The position numbers and the translations under genes are program-made. Below are positions 1 to 9,574 of a stretch of 64,000 nt of DNA, piece by piece. Every line of letters begins with the position of its first letter. Positions within the stretch are counted from its first letter, which is position 1. The notes under the pieces were generated by a model. It worked only from the letters and a program-made list of their open reading frames with translations. It was not told the DNA's origin and ran no database searches. The stretch is taken from assembly GCA_964016885.1 (NCBI GenBank), contig OZ024742.1:255192001-255256000 (forward strand), given 5' to 3'. This DNA is from Eledone cirrhosa. Taxonomy: Eukaryota.

Positions 1-18
1 TATATGATAATAATATAA

Positions 19-211
19 GGGCGGTGGATTGGCAGTATCGGTAGAGAGTCGGACGCCATGCTTTCCAGCATAGTTACGTCCCTTTACGGTTTGAGTTCAA
101 ATCCCGCCAAGGTTAACTTTGCCTTTCATCCTTACGGGGTCGATAAAATAAAGTACCAGTAATGTACTGGTAATTTGCTGGCCTTGTGCCAAAAGTAGAA
201 ACAATTATTAT
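19..211 (+). mobile_element. tRNA-derived SINE, family A (~190 bp, (ATT)n tail)
   Basis: A-box-like TGGCAGTATCGG, B-box GAGTTCAAATCC, central GTTAACTTTGCCTTTCATCCTTACGGGGTCGATAAAATAAAGTACC (resembles the MetaSINE core, from memory), ATT tail; about 10 further copies in the window. Confidence 0.85.
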
Positions 212-2330
212 TGTTCTTTGAGTCTCAGTCATTGATGTTATTTAACTGGAAAGTGTGTTGTAATGAATATCAAGCCGCTACCTGCAGCCTCAGATATTCA
301 GGACGTATCGGAGGGTTCTTGCTATTCCCAGCAAGCATGCTTTTGAGGTGTTCCAAAAAGCAGGGCTGGACTAACTTTCTTTAACCATCCTTGGAAACTC
401 TTTGAGATAGTACCTAGTGCGCCTATGACAATCGGGACGACTCTGACTTCATGGCAGTTCCAAATCCTTTTTACCTCCCACTTTAAGTCCTGGTATCAGT
501 TAATTTTCTCCCTCTCCTTTTCTTGCAATCTCGTGTCAAATGGGCCGGCTACATCTACAATCAGGCACGATCTTTTTCCTTGTCCAAAACCACCAGGTGA
601 GGCCTATTGTGTTCCAGTTTCTTATCCGTCTGTATCCTAAAATCCCATAGCACCTTCACCAGATCGTTTTCTATCACCGACTCTGGCTTATGCTCATACC
701 ACTTCTCAGAATGTGGTAAATTGTTTACTTTGCATAGGTGCCAGATCACCCTGCCCATCACATCATGTATCCAGCCTTTATAGTGAGTCTGGGCTAGGTG
801 TTTACACTCGGATACAATGTGAGCCACAGTCTCCTCTCTCTCCACAGATCCTACACAATGGGATAGCCGCCTCCTTGTAAATATGGTGTTTCACCCACTT
901 AGTTTTGAGTGACTGCTCTTGTGCAGTCATTAGCATTCCTTCTGTAGCTTTGTTAGGATCTCCTCTTTTTAATTAATTCCATGTCTGGATCTCAGAATTC
1001 CATTTTCAGACGTGATTTTAATACGCTCCTTACTCTCCTAATATACTCAGATCTTATCAATTCCTTCATGTTTTTTGTTCTTGATGTCATCTGCCTCCAG
1101 AACACCTAAATATTTGTATCCTTCTTCAGTGTCAATTTCCTTTATCATCTCACCTGTTGGTACCTGGATTCCGTTGCTTCTGCTCAATTTACCCCTCTTC
1201 ATCACTAGGACTCCACACTTATTAATCCCAAATTCCATACATATATCACTGCTGAAAATACGGACAGTGTCAACAAACACATCCAACTCCTTCTCACTCT
1301 TCCCAAAGAGTTTAAGATCGTCAATGAAGAGGAGGTGGTTGATGGTAAACTCTCCTTTTCCCAACTTGTATCCTGCTCTCACTCTTCACAGCATAATGGT
1401 CAGGGGTATCAGGGCAAGGACAAACAACAGAGGGGACAGACTATCTCCCTGGAAGATACCTCTCTTGATCTTCACGCCTCCCAAGGATTCTCCACCCGAT
1501 GTTAATTCTGTTTCTTTTGCTCAACAACTGTCTGATGTTATCTGAAACCTTGAAGATCTCTAGGCTTTTGGTGATCCAAGAATGAGGTACCATGTCGAAT
1601 GCCTTTTTGTAGTCTATCCTTCCCATGGCAAGACCAGTGTGTCTCCTCTTGCAATTACTCATTACCATCTTATCAATAAGTAGCTGGTCTTTTGTACCAC
1701 GAGACTTCTTTCGGCATCCTTTCTGTTCGTCCGGTAACAAGTTGTTTGTGTGGAGGTGATGGTAGATTTCCTCAGACACAATGTTTGTTAACAGTTTTCA
1801 CATTACAGATAGACATGTGATAGGTCTATAGTTGGTAACATCATTACCCTTGATTCGGTCTTTCATTGCCAGAACTGTGGTAGTCTTTGTCAACCACTCT
1901 GGTACCTCACCCGACTCAAGAATTGAACATGGTTGTCAGTTTCTGGTGGAGGGATGGTATATTTTTAATCCAATGCCCCTGCGCACCATCTGGGCCTGGT
2001 GATTTCCAGTTGGTTAGTTTTCTGGCCTGCCCTTTAAGAGTTTCAACTGTGATACTTAAATCAGTTTGTTGGTGTGCTTGCCCACTAATCTCCTTTTGTA
2101 CTGTCTCAATCCACACTGCCTGGTCATTATGTTTAACATCCTGCTCCCATATTCCTCTCCAGAATGTCTTAGTCTTCTTCCGCCCCAGGGATCAAGTTGT
2201 TGCCTCTTTCTTTCCCTTCAAGCTGCCCAAACAACTTCTTCTGGTTGTTGTCAAACATGCGGTTCTGTCAAACTGACTCTGCTCTCATATCGCCCAATCT
2301 TTGCACTCTTTGCTACAATGCGTTTAGTTT
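212..2330 (-). mobile_element. R4/Dong-type non-LTR retrotransposon, 3' portion (RT + CCHC + restriction-like endonuclease), disrupted
   Basis: Minus-strand fragments [55 protein letters not shown] zinc knuckle, LWDFRIQTD..HNRP(H)LVV RLE motif; ends LRYVLNI* at ~290 and abuts TAA repeats; frameshifts and stops. Confidence 0.85.
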
Positions 2331-2351
2331 AAACGATGTCAAATTTAAACT

Positions 2352-2458
2352 ATAATATAATAATAATAATTGTTTCTGCTTTTGGCACGGGGCCAGCAAT
2401 TGTCCCTGTGTGTTGCTGGTGCTTTGTTTTGTCGGCCTCATAAGGGTGAAAGGAAAAG
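2352..2458 (-). mobile_element. Family A SINE 3' fragment with A-to-G hypermutation on the + strand
   Basis: Aligns to the copy at 58730-58820 with 11 A>G changes among about 16 differences. Confidence 0.8.
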
Positions 2459-2747
2459 AAGAAAGAAATCATGAAAAATTAGTCGAAAAATTATAGAACA
2501 GAACACAGACAGAAGCAAACGCAACAGCAAACACAAATTTCAAAAGTTTTGAACACAACAACCCCTACTTCCCTTAGCAGCAGCATCAACAACAACACTA
2601 GTAACCGATGTTACTGGCCTTGTAAAACGGAAAACGCAAAGGAAAAAAACAAACAAAAAACAAAAATAAGTCAGACATTCAAACATTACAATGAAACTTA
2701 TGTTTATTTTTTAAAGTTTTTATCTATTTATTTGTTTATTTATTTAT

Positions 2748-3510
2748 GTTCGTCTACAGCGTGATGGTGCCATGCTAAAATCTCCGGAGTTGTTGAAATC
2801 ACTGGGGGTGATGAAATCACCGGTGGTTATGTAACCATACATTCACCAATACTCGGTATGAGTGTTTAAATGTCGAACCTAAACAGTTTGAATAACGGTG
2901 AAGAGGCGACTGGAACGTTATGTAACAGACTCTCACTCAGCAAGTGCTCCCTGGCCCAACAGCAGGGACCTGGCTGTCAACCATATACTGCTGGTGTTGG
3001 AGGAAGAATAAGAAGGAAAGGGACAAGAACCAACTGGACGAAAGAATTGAATAGAACTGTTATGCAATGTTACCTGAAGAGTAACCCCAAGGAGAAAGGC
3101 TATAGGAAACGGATGCATAATATCTGGAACGAGATTAGTCTATTTAAATTAGATGAACAAAAATTGGCCGGGCAGGCCCGGGTAATAAGAGCTAATGGAT
3201 GGATAAGCGAGTTGGAACTGGAGGAACTGAGCAGAGAGATTAAGTTGGAAATGGAGAATGGAGTGTGCCAGGCAAACGAGCCAGTGGGAAATGAAGGTGA
3301 AGAGGTTCAGAGAACGGAGGAACCATCCGAAGCAGACAATGATCTGAATGCTGACATAGATAACATCTGGAACATAGATACGGCCATTGAGGAAATGAAT
3401 GCTGACGGGCTAGGACAAGATTTGGTTGATATCCTAAACTTAGTGGTAGATGAAATGAACAATGATAGTGGGAAACCTATGAACCTAAGATTTGTAGACA
3501 GGAAAAAAAC
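2748..3510 (+). mobile_element. R4/Dong-type retrotransposon 5' portion (5' UTR + ORF N-terminus from 2870), inverted relative to 212-2330
   Basis: WTKELNRTVMQCY..S.P..GYRKRM..W.E...EQKL..Q.R.I..NGW.S.LELEE and LRFVDRKK match my recollection of R4/Dong N-termini; ends at the ATT tract. Confidence 0.7.
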
Positions 3511-3521
3511 CCCAAAAAACC

Positions 3522-3583
3522 ATTATTATCATTGTTTTATTAATATTATTATTATTGTTATTATTATTATTATTATTATTATT
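3522..3583 (+). repeat. (ATT)n microsatellite, imperfect
   Basis: Visible ttattattatt run; encodes the poly-Ile stretch in ORF 2870..5014. Confidence 0.95.
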
Positions 3584-6500
3584 AGTGGCTTGGGGTCGTC
3601 ATGGAAGCAGGGTCACCTGCTCAACGACCTCAGGTCACTAAACATAGATGTAGTGGCCATCAGCGAGACCAAAATCTCCGTAGCACGGGCCTTCGCACCG
3701 ATCTTCGGTGGCTACGATGTGTACGCATCACCCAGCCGTCCTGGATCGGAGAGAGGAGTTGCTGTGATTTTTCGGAGAGGTTTGGATCTTGCCATACGGG
3801 CCATCTTCCTGGACCCAGAGGGTAAGTTGGTGGTGCTGGACGTGACCAGCGGAGACGGGCAAGCTTTCAGGCTAGTGGCCGTCTATGCGCCGACAGGAGC
3901 AGGGCGGCCTGATTTCTTCCGGCGTCTGGAGATCTTTCTTGGAACGTCCCGCTCTTTAGTGTTAGTGTGCGACTGGAACGGGATCTTAGATGCATGCTGG
4001 GACTGTGTGGGATTAGCAGATAGGGGTGGAGGGTGCAAGAGCCTCACCAACCTGCTCAGGCGTTTTGAACTGTCTGACATGTACCGATTGGATTTCCCGA
4101 ATGTGCCAATGTGGACTTGGACACATCGCATAGGGTCATCCAGATCATATCTAGATAGAGTATTTTGTAGGGAAATAGATAGGTCTAGCATAGGCTGTCC
4201 ACAATTCAAGATAGTCAGCTACACGGACCACAAATTCGTGATCTGTGTGCTTGACTTAGATAGGCTTCATAGACGAGGACCCGGCTACTGGAAGCTAAAC
4301 GCGTCCTTACCAGCGCGCAAGGCCTACAGAGACCGGATTAGCGAACTAGTTAAGCGGGCGTTGACGGGGTCCATCGTCAACAAAAAGTGGTGGTTTGCTC
4401 TGAAAAGAGCGATTAGAATAGAATCCATTAGGTTTAGTAAGGCTTTAGCAATAGAGAAAAATAGAGAAGAGGGAGTACTAGTTAGAAAATTAGACGAGGC
4501 GCTTAGCAAAGACATCGCGACCGACGTGCTTGCGGCGAAATTGGCCCTTGACCAATTCTTCAATGCAAAGCACGAAGGCTGCGTTGTCAGAGCTAGGGTG
4601 CGTGTTCTCAGACACGAGGGGACGAAAGCCGTTCAATGGGCCCGAGTGGCGGAGGCGCGTCGTGGCAACAAAGCCACGATCCGGTCTTTGGTGGACCACG
4701 ACGGGCGCATGCTACTCGATCCCGGGCAAATGTGTGAAGCTTTTCAGCGACACTTCGCTCAGCTGTTCGAGGGCAGCGGTGGGCCTGGTCGAGGGATGGA
4801 CTTTAGTGTCTACCTCGACGGACTGCCGCGGCTCTCGGCCACTGAGTCGGAGTGTTGCGAAAAGCCGATAACAGCCGCTGAAGTACGGGAGGCAATGACT
4901 GTCAGCACAAGGGGTAAATCTCCTGGTTTGGATGGTCTGCCCTATGAACTTTACGTACAGTTGGCAGACTTGTTCGGAAGCCTCTTGGAGGACGTCTACT
5001 GCAACTGGCAATAGAACGGGAGAATTCACAGCTCTGTGAGCCGAGGAGCGGTGGCGCTGCTGAGAAAGGATCCGAACAAGGGGGATAACATAGATAATTT
5101 TAGGCCCATAACTCTGCTAAACACAGAGTTCAAGATTTTGGCCAAGGTGCTAGCAAAGAGGTTGGCGCTTGTCGTTGGTGGTCTGGTGGGAGAGGCGCAG
5201 ACATGCGCCATTCCCGACAGATCCATCCACGACAACCTCCACCTCATGCGATACATCGTAGAGAGGGTAGCTAGGGAACCTGGCACGGGTGGGTCCTTGA
5301 TCAATTTAGATCAGTCGAAAGGTTTCGATAGGGTCGACCATCGTTACCTAGCGGCAGTCCTGAGAGCGGCTGGCTTTGGGCCCGTCTTCAGAGGCTGGAT
5401 CGCTGCCATGCACAGCGACATCTGCTCTTTGGTGAGAGTGAACGGTCACCTTTCGGAACCGTTCAACATCATGCGCTCGGTCCACCAAGGATGTCCCCTC
5501 TCGTCCCTCTTGTACGTATTGACTCTCGAGCCACTACTGCACAAACTGGAGACGTTGAGGGACGTCCCGCGCGAACTAGGATGCGTAAGATCCGTGTCAG
5601 CATATGCGGACGATGTCACCGTAGAAGTTTCGAACGCCAACCACATCGAGGCGATCGGCACTACCCTAAGAGAATACGAAGCGGTGACAGGAGAAATGAT
5701 CAACCAGGAAAAGTTAGTGGGCCTGCAGCTCGGCACCTGGAGAGGCAGGTCCATGACGTCCAACAGCGTCGTCGGACGCTGGAAGGACGGACCGGTTAAA
5801 TTGCTAGAGGTTTGGTTCGGTCCGGACCTACAGACGGACAAAAACTGCGACGAGGTGACGAGCAGGGTGGCTTCTCACACCCAGAAATGGGCCGAGAGGA
5901 AGCTATCCCTGAAAGGTCGAGCGGAGGTGGCTAACGCGTACATAGCGTCTGTCATCTGCTACCGCCTGACCGTCGTACCTTGTCCTAAGCCCCGCCTGAC
6001 TGCGCTGGAGCGTTTGCTCTTTCGCTTTTTGTGGAAGGGACGCGCTCCGATGGTCAGGCGGTCCATCTGCTGTCAACACCAGCTACGTGGAGGGTTGGCA
6101 TGCCGTGGCTGATGATGCGCAGACACGCGCTCAGGCTACGACATCTCCACCTCTTCCTCGACGGTGATCAGGTGTGGTCGTCGTTTGCTAGACACGTATT
6201 TTCCCAGCTCGTTTCCTTGACGGAGCTGCAGTCCTGGGTCAAGCGAAGACCGAGAGGGAGCGCCTGGAGACTGGAATGTCTTCAAACGCTCACAGCCCTC
6301 GACCAATCGGGCAATGTGATCGGTGGAAACTGCACCTCGGCGTTCTATAGAGGATTAGTGGAGGGGAAGAGCGACGACGTACTTGGGGAAACTCTAGGCG
6401 TCGACGAAAATCAACTAGTCAATCTCTTCGGAAGAACTTTCGGGCCGTCACCTATGGACAACTTCCAGAAAACTCTTGCCTGGCAGTGCTACCGAGGAGC

Positions 6501-7222
6501 CTTGCAAGTTCGGGATAACCTCTACAGGCATGGAGGTGTCGTCAGCCGGGCATGTCCGAGAGGCGCGCAGGGCGACGAAACCGTCCTGCACGCACTCGTC
6601 CAGTGTCCGAAAATTGATGACTTGTGGGTTTATATCGAACACCTGCTGTCGCGTGTAGGACGGATCCGGCTATCATCTGAGTCCATCGTGAGGATTGCCC
6701 CGCCCTCTTCCTTTAGCCGGGAAGGGCAGGCAGTTTTTATCTGTCTGGTGGCCATGGCGAAAGAGATAGTATTGTGGACACGTTTGAAAAGGCTGAAGAC
6801 GAGCACTTACCTCTTCGGTGATGCCCTGATTAACTTCTTCAAATTTCATTTGAAAAGGAAAATCAGGGTAGAGAGGGAAGTGCTCTCTTCCCAGCATTTT
6901 GTAGAAAGATGGGTGAGAGAAGCAAGAATGGCCCGAGTGAATGGACCTACTCTGAGTACGTATCTGTAAATTAAAGGTGGAAAACTGGGAGAGGGCACTT
7001 GGCCTTGGTGGTCAGGGTCACTGTGGCCTTTTACTGGGCTTTCTCCACAAATGTCCCTCCGAAGTCTCCCCCCTATTGGGGAATTTTTCATTGTTATTTT
7101 TTTGTTACATCCTCTGTTTTTTGTTTTTTACACGCAGAAATGCCCATTTGTACCGTCCTGTATTGTCCTGTACTGTCCTTGATGTCTAATTTTTGTAAAC
7201 CCTTGTGGTTAATAAAGAAATC
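3584..7222 (+). mobile_element. Tx1/L1-group LINE copy 1, 5'-truncated at the start of ORF2 (APE-RT-CCHC pseudogene 3587-6969)
   Basis: APE motifs AISETK, VYAP, DWN, SYLDR, TDHK; GPGYWKLN; KSPGLDGLPYE, FRPITLLN, QGCPLS, YADD; stop at 5012 and frameshift near 6090; 3' UTR ends AATAAAGAAATC then (ATT)n. Confidence 0.92.
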
Positions 7223-7248
7223 ATTATTATTATTATTATTATTATTAT
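7223..7248 (+). repeat. (ATT)n between the two Tx1 copies
   Basis: About 8-9 perfect ATT units. Confidence 0.95.
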
Positions 7249-7672
7249 TGGTTGGTGAAGCCACGCTTCTTATCGCCTCCAGTCTTTTTCAACGTTTTAC
7301 TTCTTTTTCAACCGTTCTAAACATTTTATTCAAGTTTTAAATTTGATAAAAGTTTAGAAGTGACCCACCTAATACAGGGGTTCACTAGTAAATAATATGG
7401 CATCCCTTTACGGGTTGTCCTATTCGTATTTGTGTAAAAATATTTTTTTGAAAAATTTCAACATGGATAACACAAAAGAGAGAGAGAGCGCTGTCAGACA
7501 ACACAGAGAGAGGGACCTTTATCAGCATGTCAACAAGACAGCGTTCCAGCGGAAGTAAATATAAACGAAAATATTACAAAGGAAAAAAGATTGTTACAGA
7601 TTTATAATTAACAAATATTTCTAACACAAACAATACCAACAATAACACCACAACATCACCAACAACAACACC

Positions 7673-7780
7673 AAAAATAACAGCGGTAAAGTCGAGAACG
7701 ACAATAACAAAAATAACAGCGGTAAGGTCGAGAACGACAATAACAAAAATAACAGCGGTAAGATCGAGAACGACAATAAC
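7673..7780 (+). repeat. 3 x 36-bp tandem repeat (KNNSGKVENDNN in the ORF1 frame)
   Basis: AAAAATAACAGCGGTAARRTCGAGAACGACAATAAC three times. Confidence 0.9.
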
Positions 7781-8050
7781 AATGACAATAACAACAGCCA
7801 CAACAACAATAATAGTAGGAACAGTATCAACAAAAACAACAATAATAACAACAGCCACAATAACAGTAGCAACAGCAACAGTATCAACGAAAACAACACC
7901 AACAACTGTACCAGCGAAAAGAACAACAATGACACCGATACCTGTAATAGCGACCTCAGCACCACCAGTAAGACCAGTAGCGGCAGCAATAGTGGTGCTT
8001 CTGAAAAAGGGACCACTTCTTTTGCAGGTGTCGCCCGAAATATCGAGACA

Positions 8051-9574
8051 GTGTTAGTCACAGAGGAGGAGATGGCATTCGCAAGGGCCATGGTGACAAG
8101 AAACGCAAATAGAGTTTCCCTGAAACCTCCACCCGATTTTTTCAAGGACCAGCAGCTACGAACGGTGACTTACCGCACCGTAAGCAAAATCTCACATCGA
8201 GTGGAGAGAGCCACAGAGGCTCATATCCAAAAGGCCTTGGGGTGCGTCTGGGCACCCAAAACCCACATCACCCGAGGCAGAAAGTACGCCACAGTAGACG
8301 TACTTTTCGCCACCCCCCAGGAAGCAAAGTCTCACTCTTTGGAAACCCTAAAAAGTGAGGAGTTAGTCTTGGTGCCCTCCTACTGCGGGCAGAAAATTGT
8401 GAGGGTCAAAGTGACCCAGGTCCCACCCGACGTGCCCATACCTTGGCTAGCCGCGTCTGTCCTTGCTGGAATTGAGAACAGGGCGACCATGCTGCAAGTA
8501 GAAAAAATAGGGAGAGAGAACTGGTCAGGTAAAGGCATGCAAATGCTTATACAAACTGACCAGGAATGTATCGAGGCTATCCCCGATATCATAGACTTTG
8601 AGGGAGGACTAAAACTCCCTATAAGTGTAGAAGGAAGACGGCCAAAATGTTATCTCTGTGGGTCGAAAGGTCACCTCAGGGCCTTTTGCCCGCAGAAGAC
8701 ACCGAAGAGGGCCCCTCTCCTTCCAATACCTGGTCCGCTGCTACCAAGAGCAGGACAGGCAACAAACGAAGAAGCCCCTTCCACGGTGAGTAGGAGGGCA
8801 ACGTCCGTAGCACCCGTACCAAGGCCACGGATAACTAAAGCAGCATCATCAGTAGCGGCAACACCAATAGCTACATTTGAAATAGCTACACCAGCAACAA
8901 AATTGCCGAAGAGGGCTCCACTACCACCACCAACAGCCGTGGAGCACATACCTCTCCCAGACGCCACAGAATCCGACATGGAGTTTGAGGCGGGAGTGAC
9001 GTGGCAAACAGTCTGCCACAAAAAACAAAAAACAAAAAAACCCTTAGATTCACCCTCCAAAAGCGAAGGCATACAAAGAGGGGTAAAGGCAGCAAGGAAA
9101 CTTGCAGCAACACCACCTCAAACACCAACAACGCAAATACAACAAGACACACACACCAAACAGCAACAAGAAGAAACCGGCAACGAAATCACCCCTCCCC
9201 CTAAAAAGTACACAGCCATAAACATAGCAAAAAAAGAACTCATAAAATATATAAAGCAACACACATACATCACGGAAAAAAATTACTACACTCCACCAAC
9301 ACCAAGAACTCTCCCGACAAACATAAGCATCATCGAAATCTCAATAGAACAATACAAACCTTTAAAACAAAAATTCCCCAACGCAGTTGGAGACTTCAGA
9401 GGGACGGTTACCAAGAGGATATACACTGAGATCCTCTTGGAAACACCCATGACCAGCGAAAGAGACGGTTCTACTGTCCCTTCACCACACGAACAGGTAA
9501 GTGACCCTTTCTCATTTGTCCTGTTTCTCATCCAACATGGCTGTACTCAGAATAGGCAGTATAAATGCACGTGA
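8051..9574 (+). CDS. LINE ORF1 gag-like nucleic-acid-binding protein; frame is open upstream to ~7646 through an Asn-rich region, and the true start is probably lost to frameshift
   Basis: 507-aa ORF with CX2CX4HX4C knuckle CYLCGSKGHLRAFC and Pro/Thr-rich tail; overlaps ORF2 ATG at 9537. Confidence 0.8.
   Translation: MLVTEEEMAFARAMVTRNANRVSLKPPPDFFKDQQLRTVTYRTVSKISHRVERATEAHIQKALGCVWAPKTHITRGRKYATVDVLFATPQEAKSHSLETLKSEELVLVPSYCGQKIVRVKVTQVPPDVPIPWLAASVLAGIENRATMLQVEKIGRENWSGKGMQMLIQTDQECIEAIPDIIDFEGGLKLPISVEGRRPKCYLCGSKGHLRAFCPQKTPKRAPLLPIPGPLLPRAGQATNEEAPSTVSRRATSVAPVPRPRITKAASSVAATPIATFEIATPATKLPKRAPLPPPTAVEHIPLPDATESDMEFEAGVTWQTVCHKKQKTKKPLDSPSKSEGIQRGVKAARKLAATPPQTPTTQIQQDTHTKQQQEETGNEITPPPKKYTAINIAKKELIKYIKQHTYITEKNYYTPPTPRTLPTNISIIEISIEQYKPLKQKFPNAVGDFRGTVTKRIYTEILLETPMTSERDGSTVPSPHEQVSDPFSFVLFLIQHGCTQNRQYKCT

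Noticed and set aside
19-110. tRNA genes at SINE heads
   Set aside because: Only A/B boxes are retained; no cloverleaf, and always attached to the SINE body
212-7222. A dual-endonuclease (APE+RLE, Dualen-like) single element
   Set aside because: RLE and APE lie on opposite strands with separate RT domains, and the APE part matches the independent full-length Tx1 copy
7673-7780. 36-bp repeats as a CRISPR-like array
   Set aside because: Head-to-tail with no spacers, inside LINE ORF1, eukaryotic context
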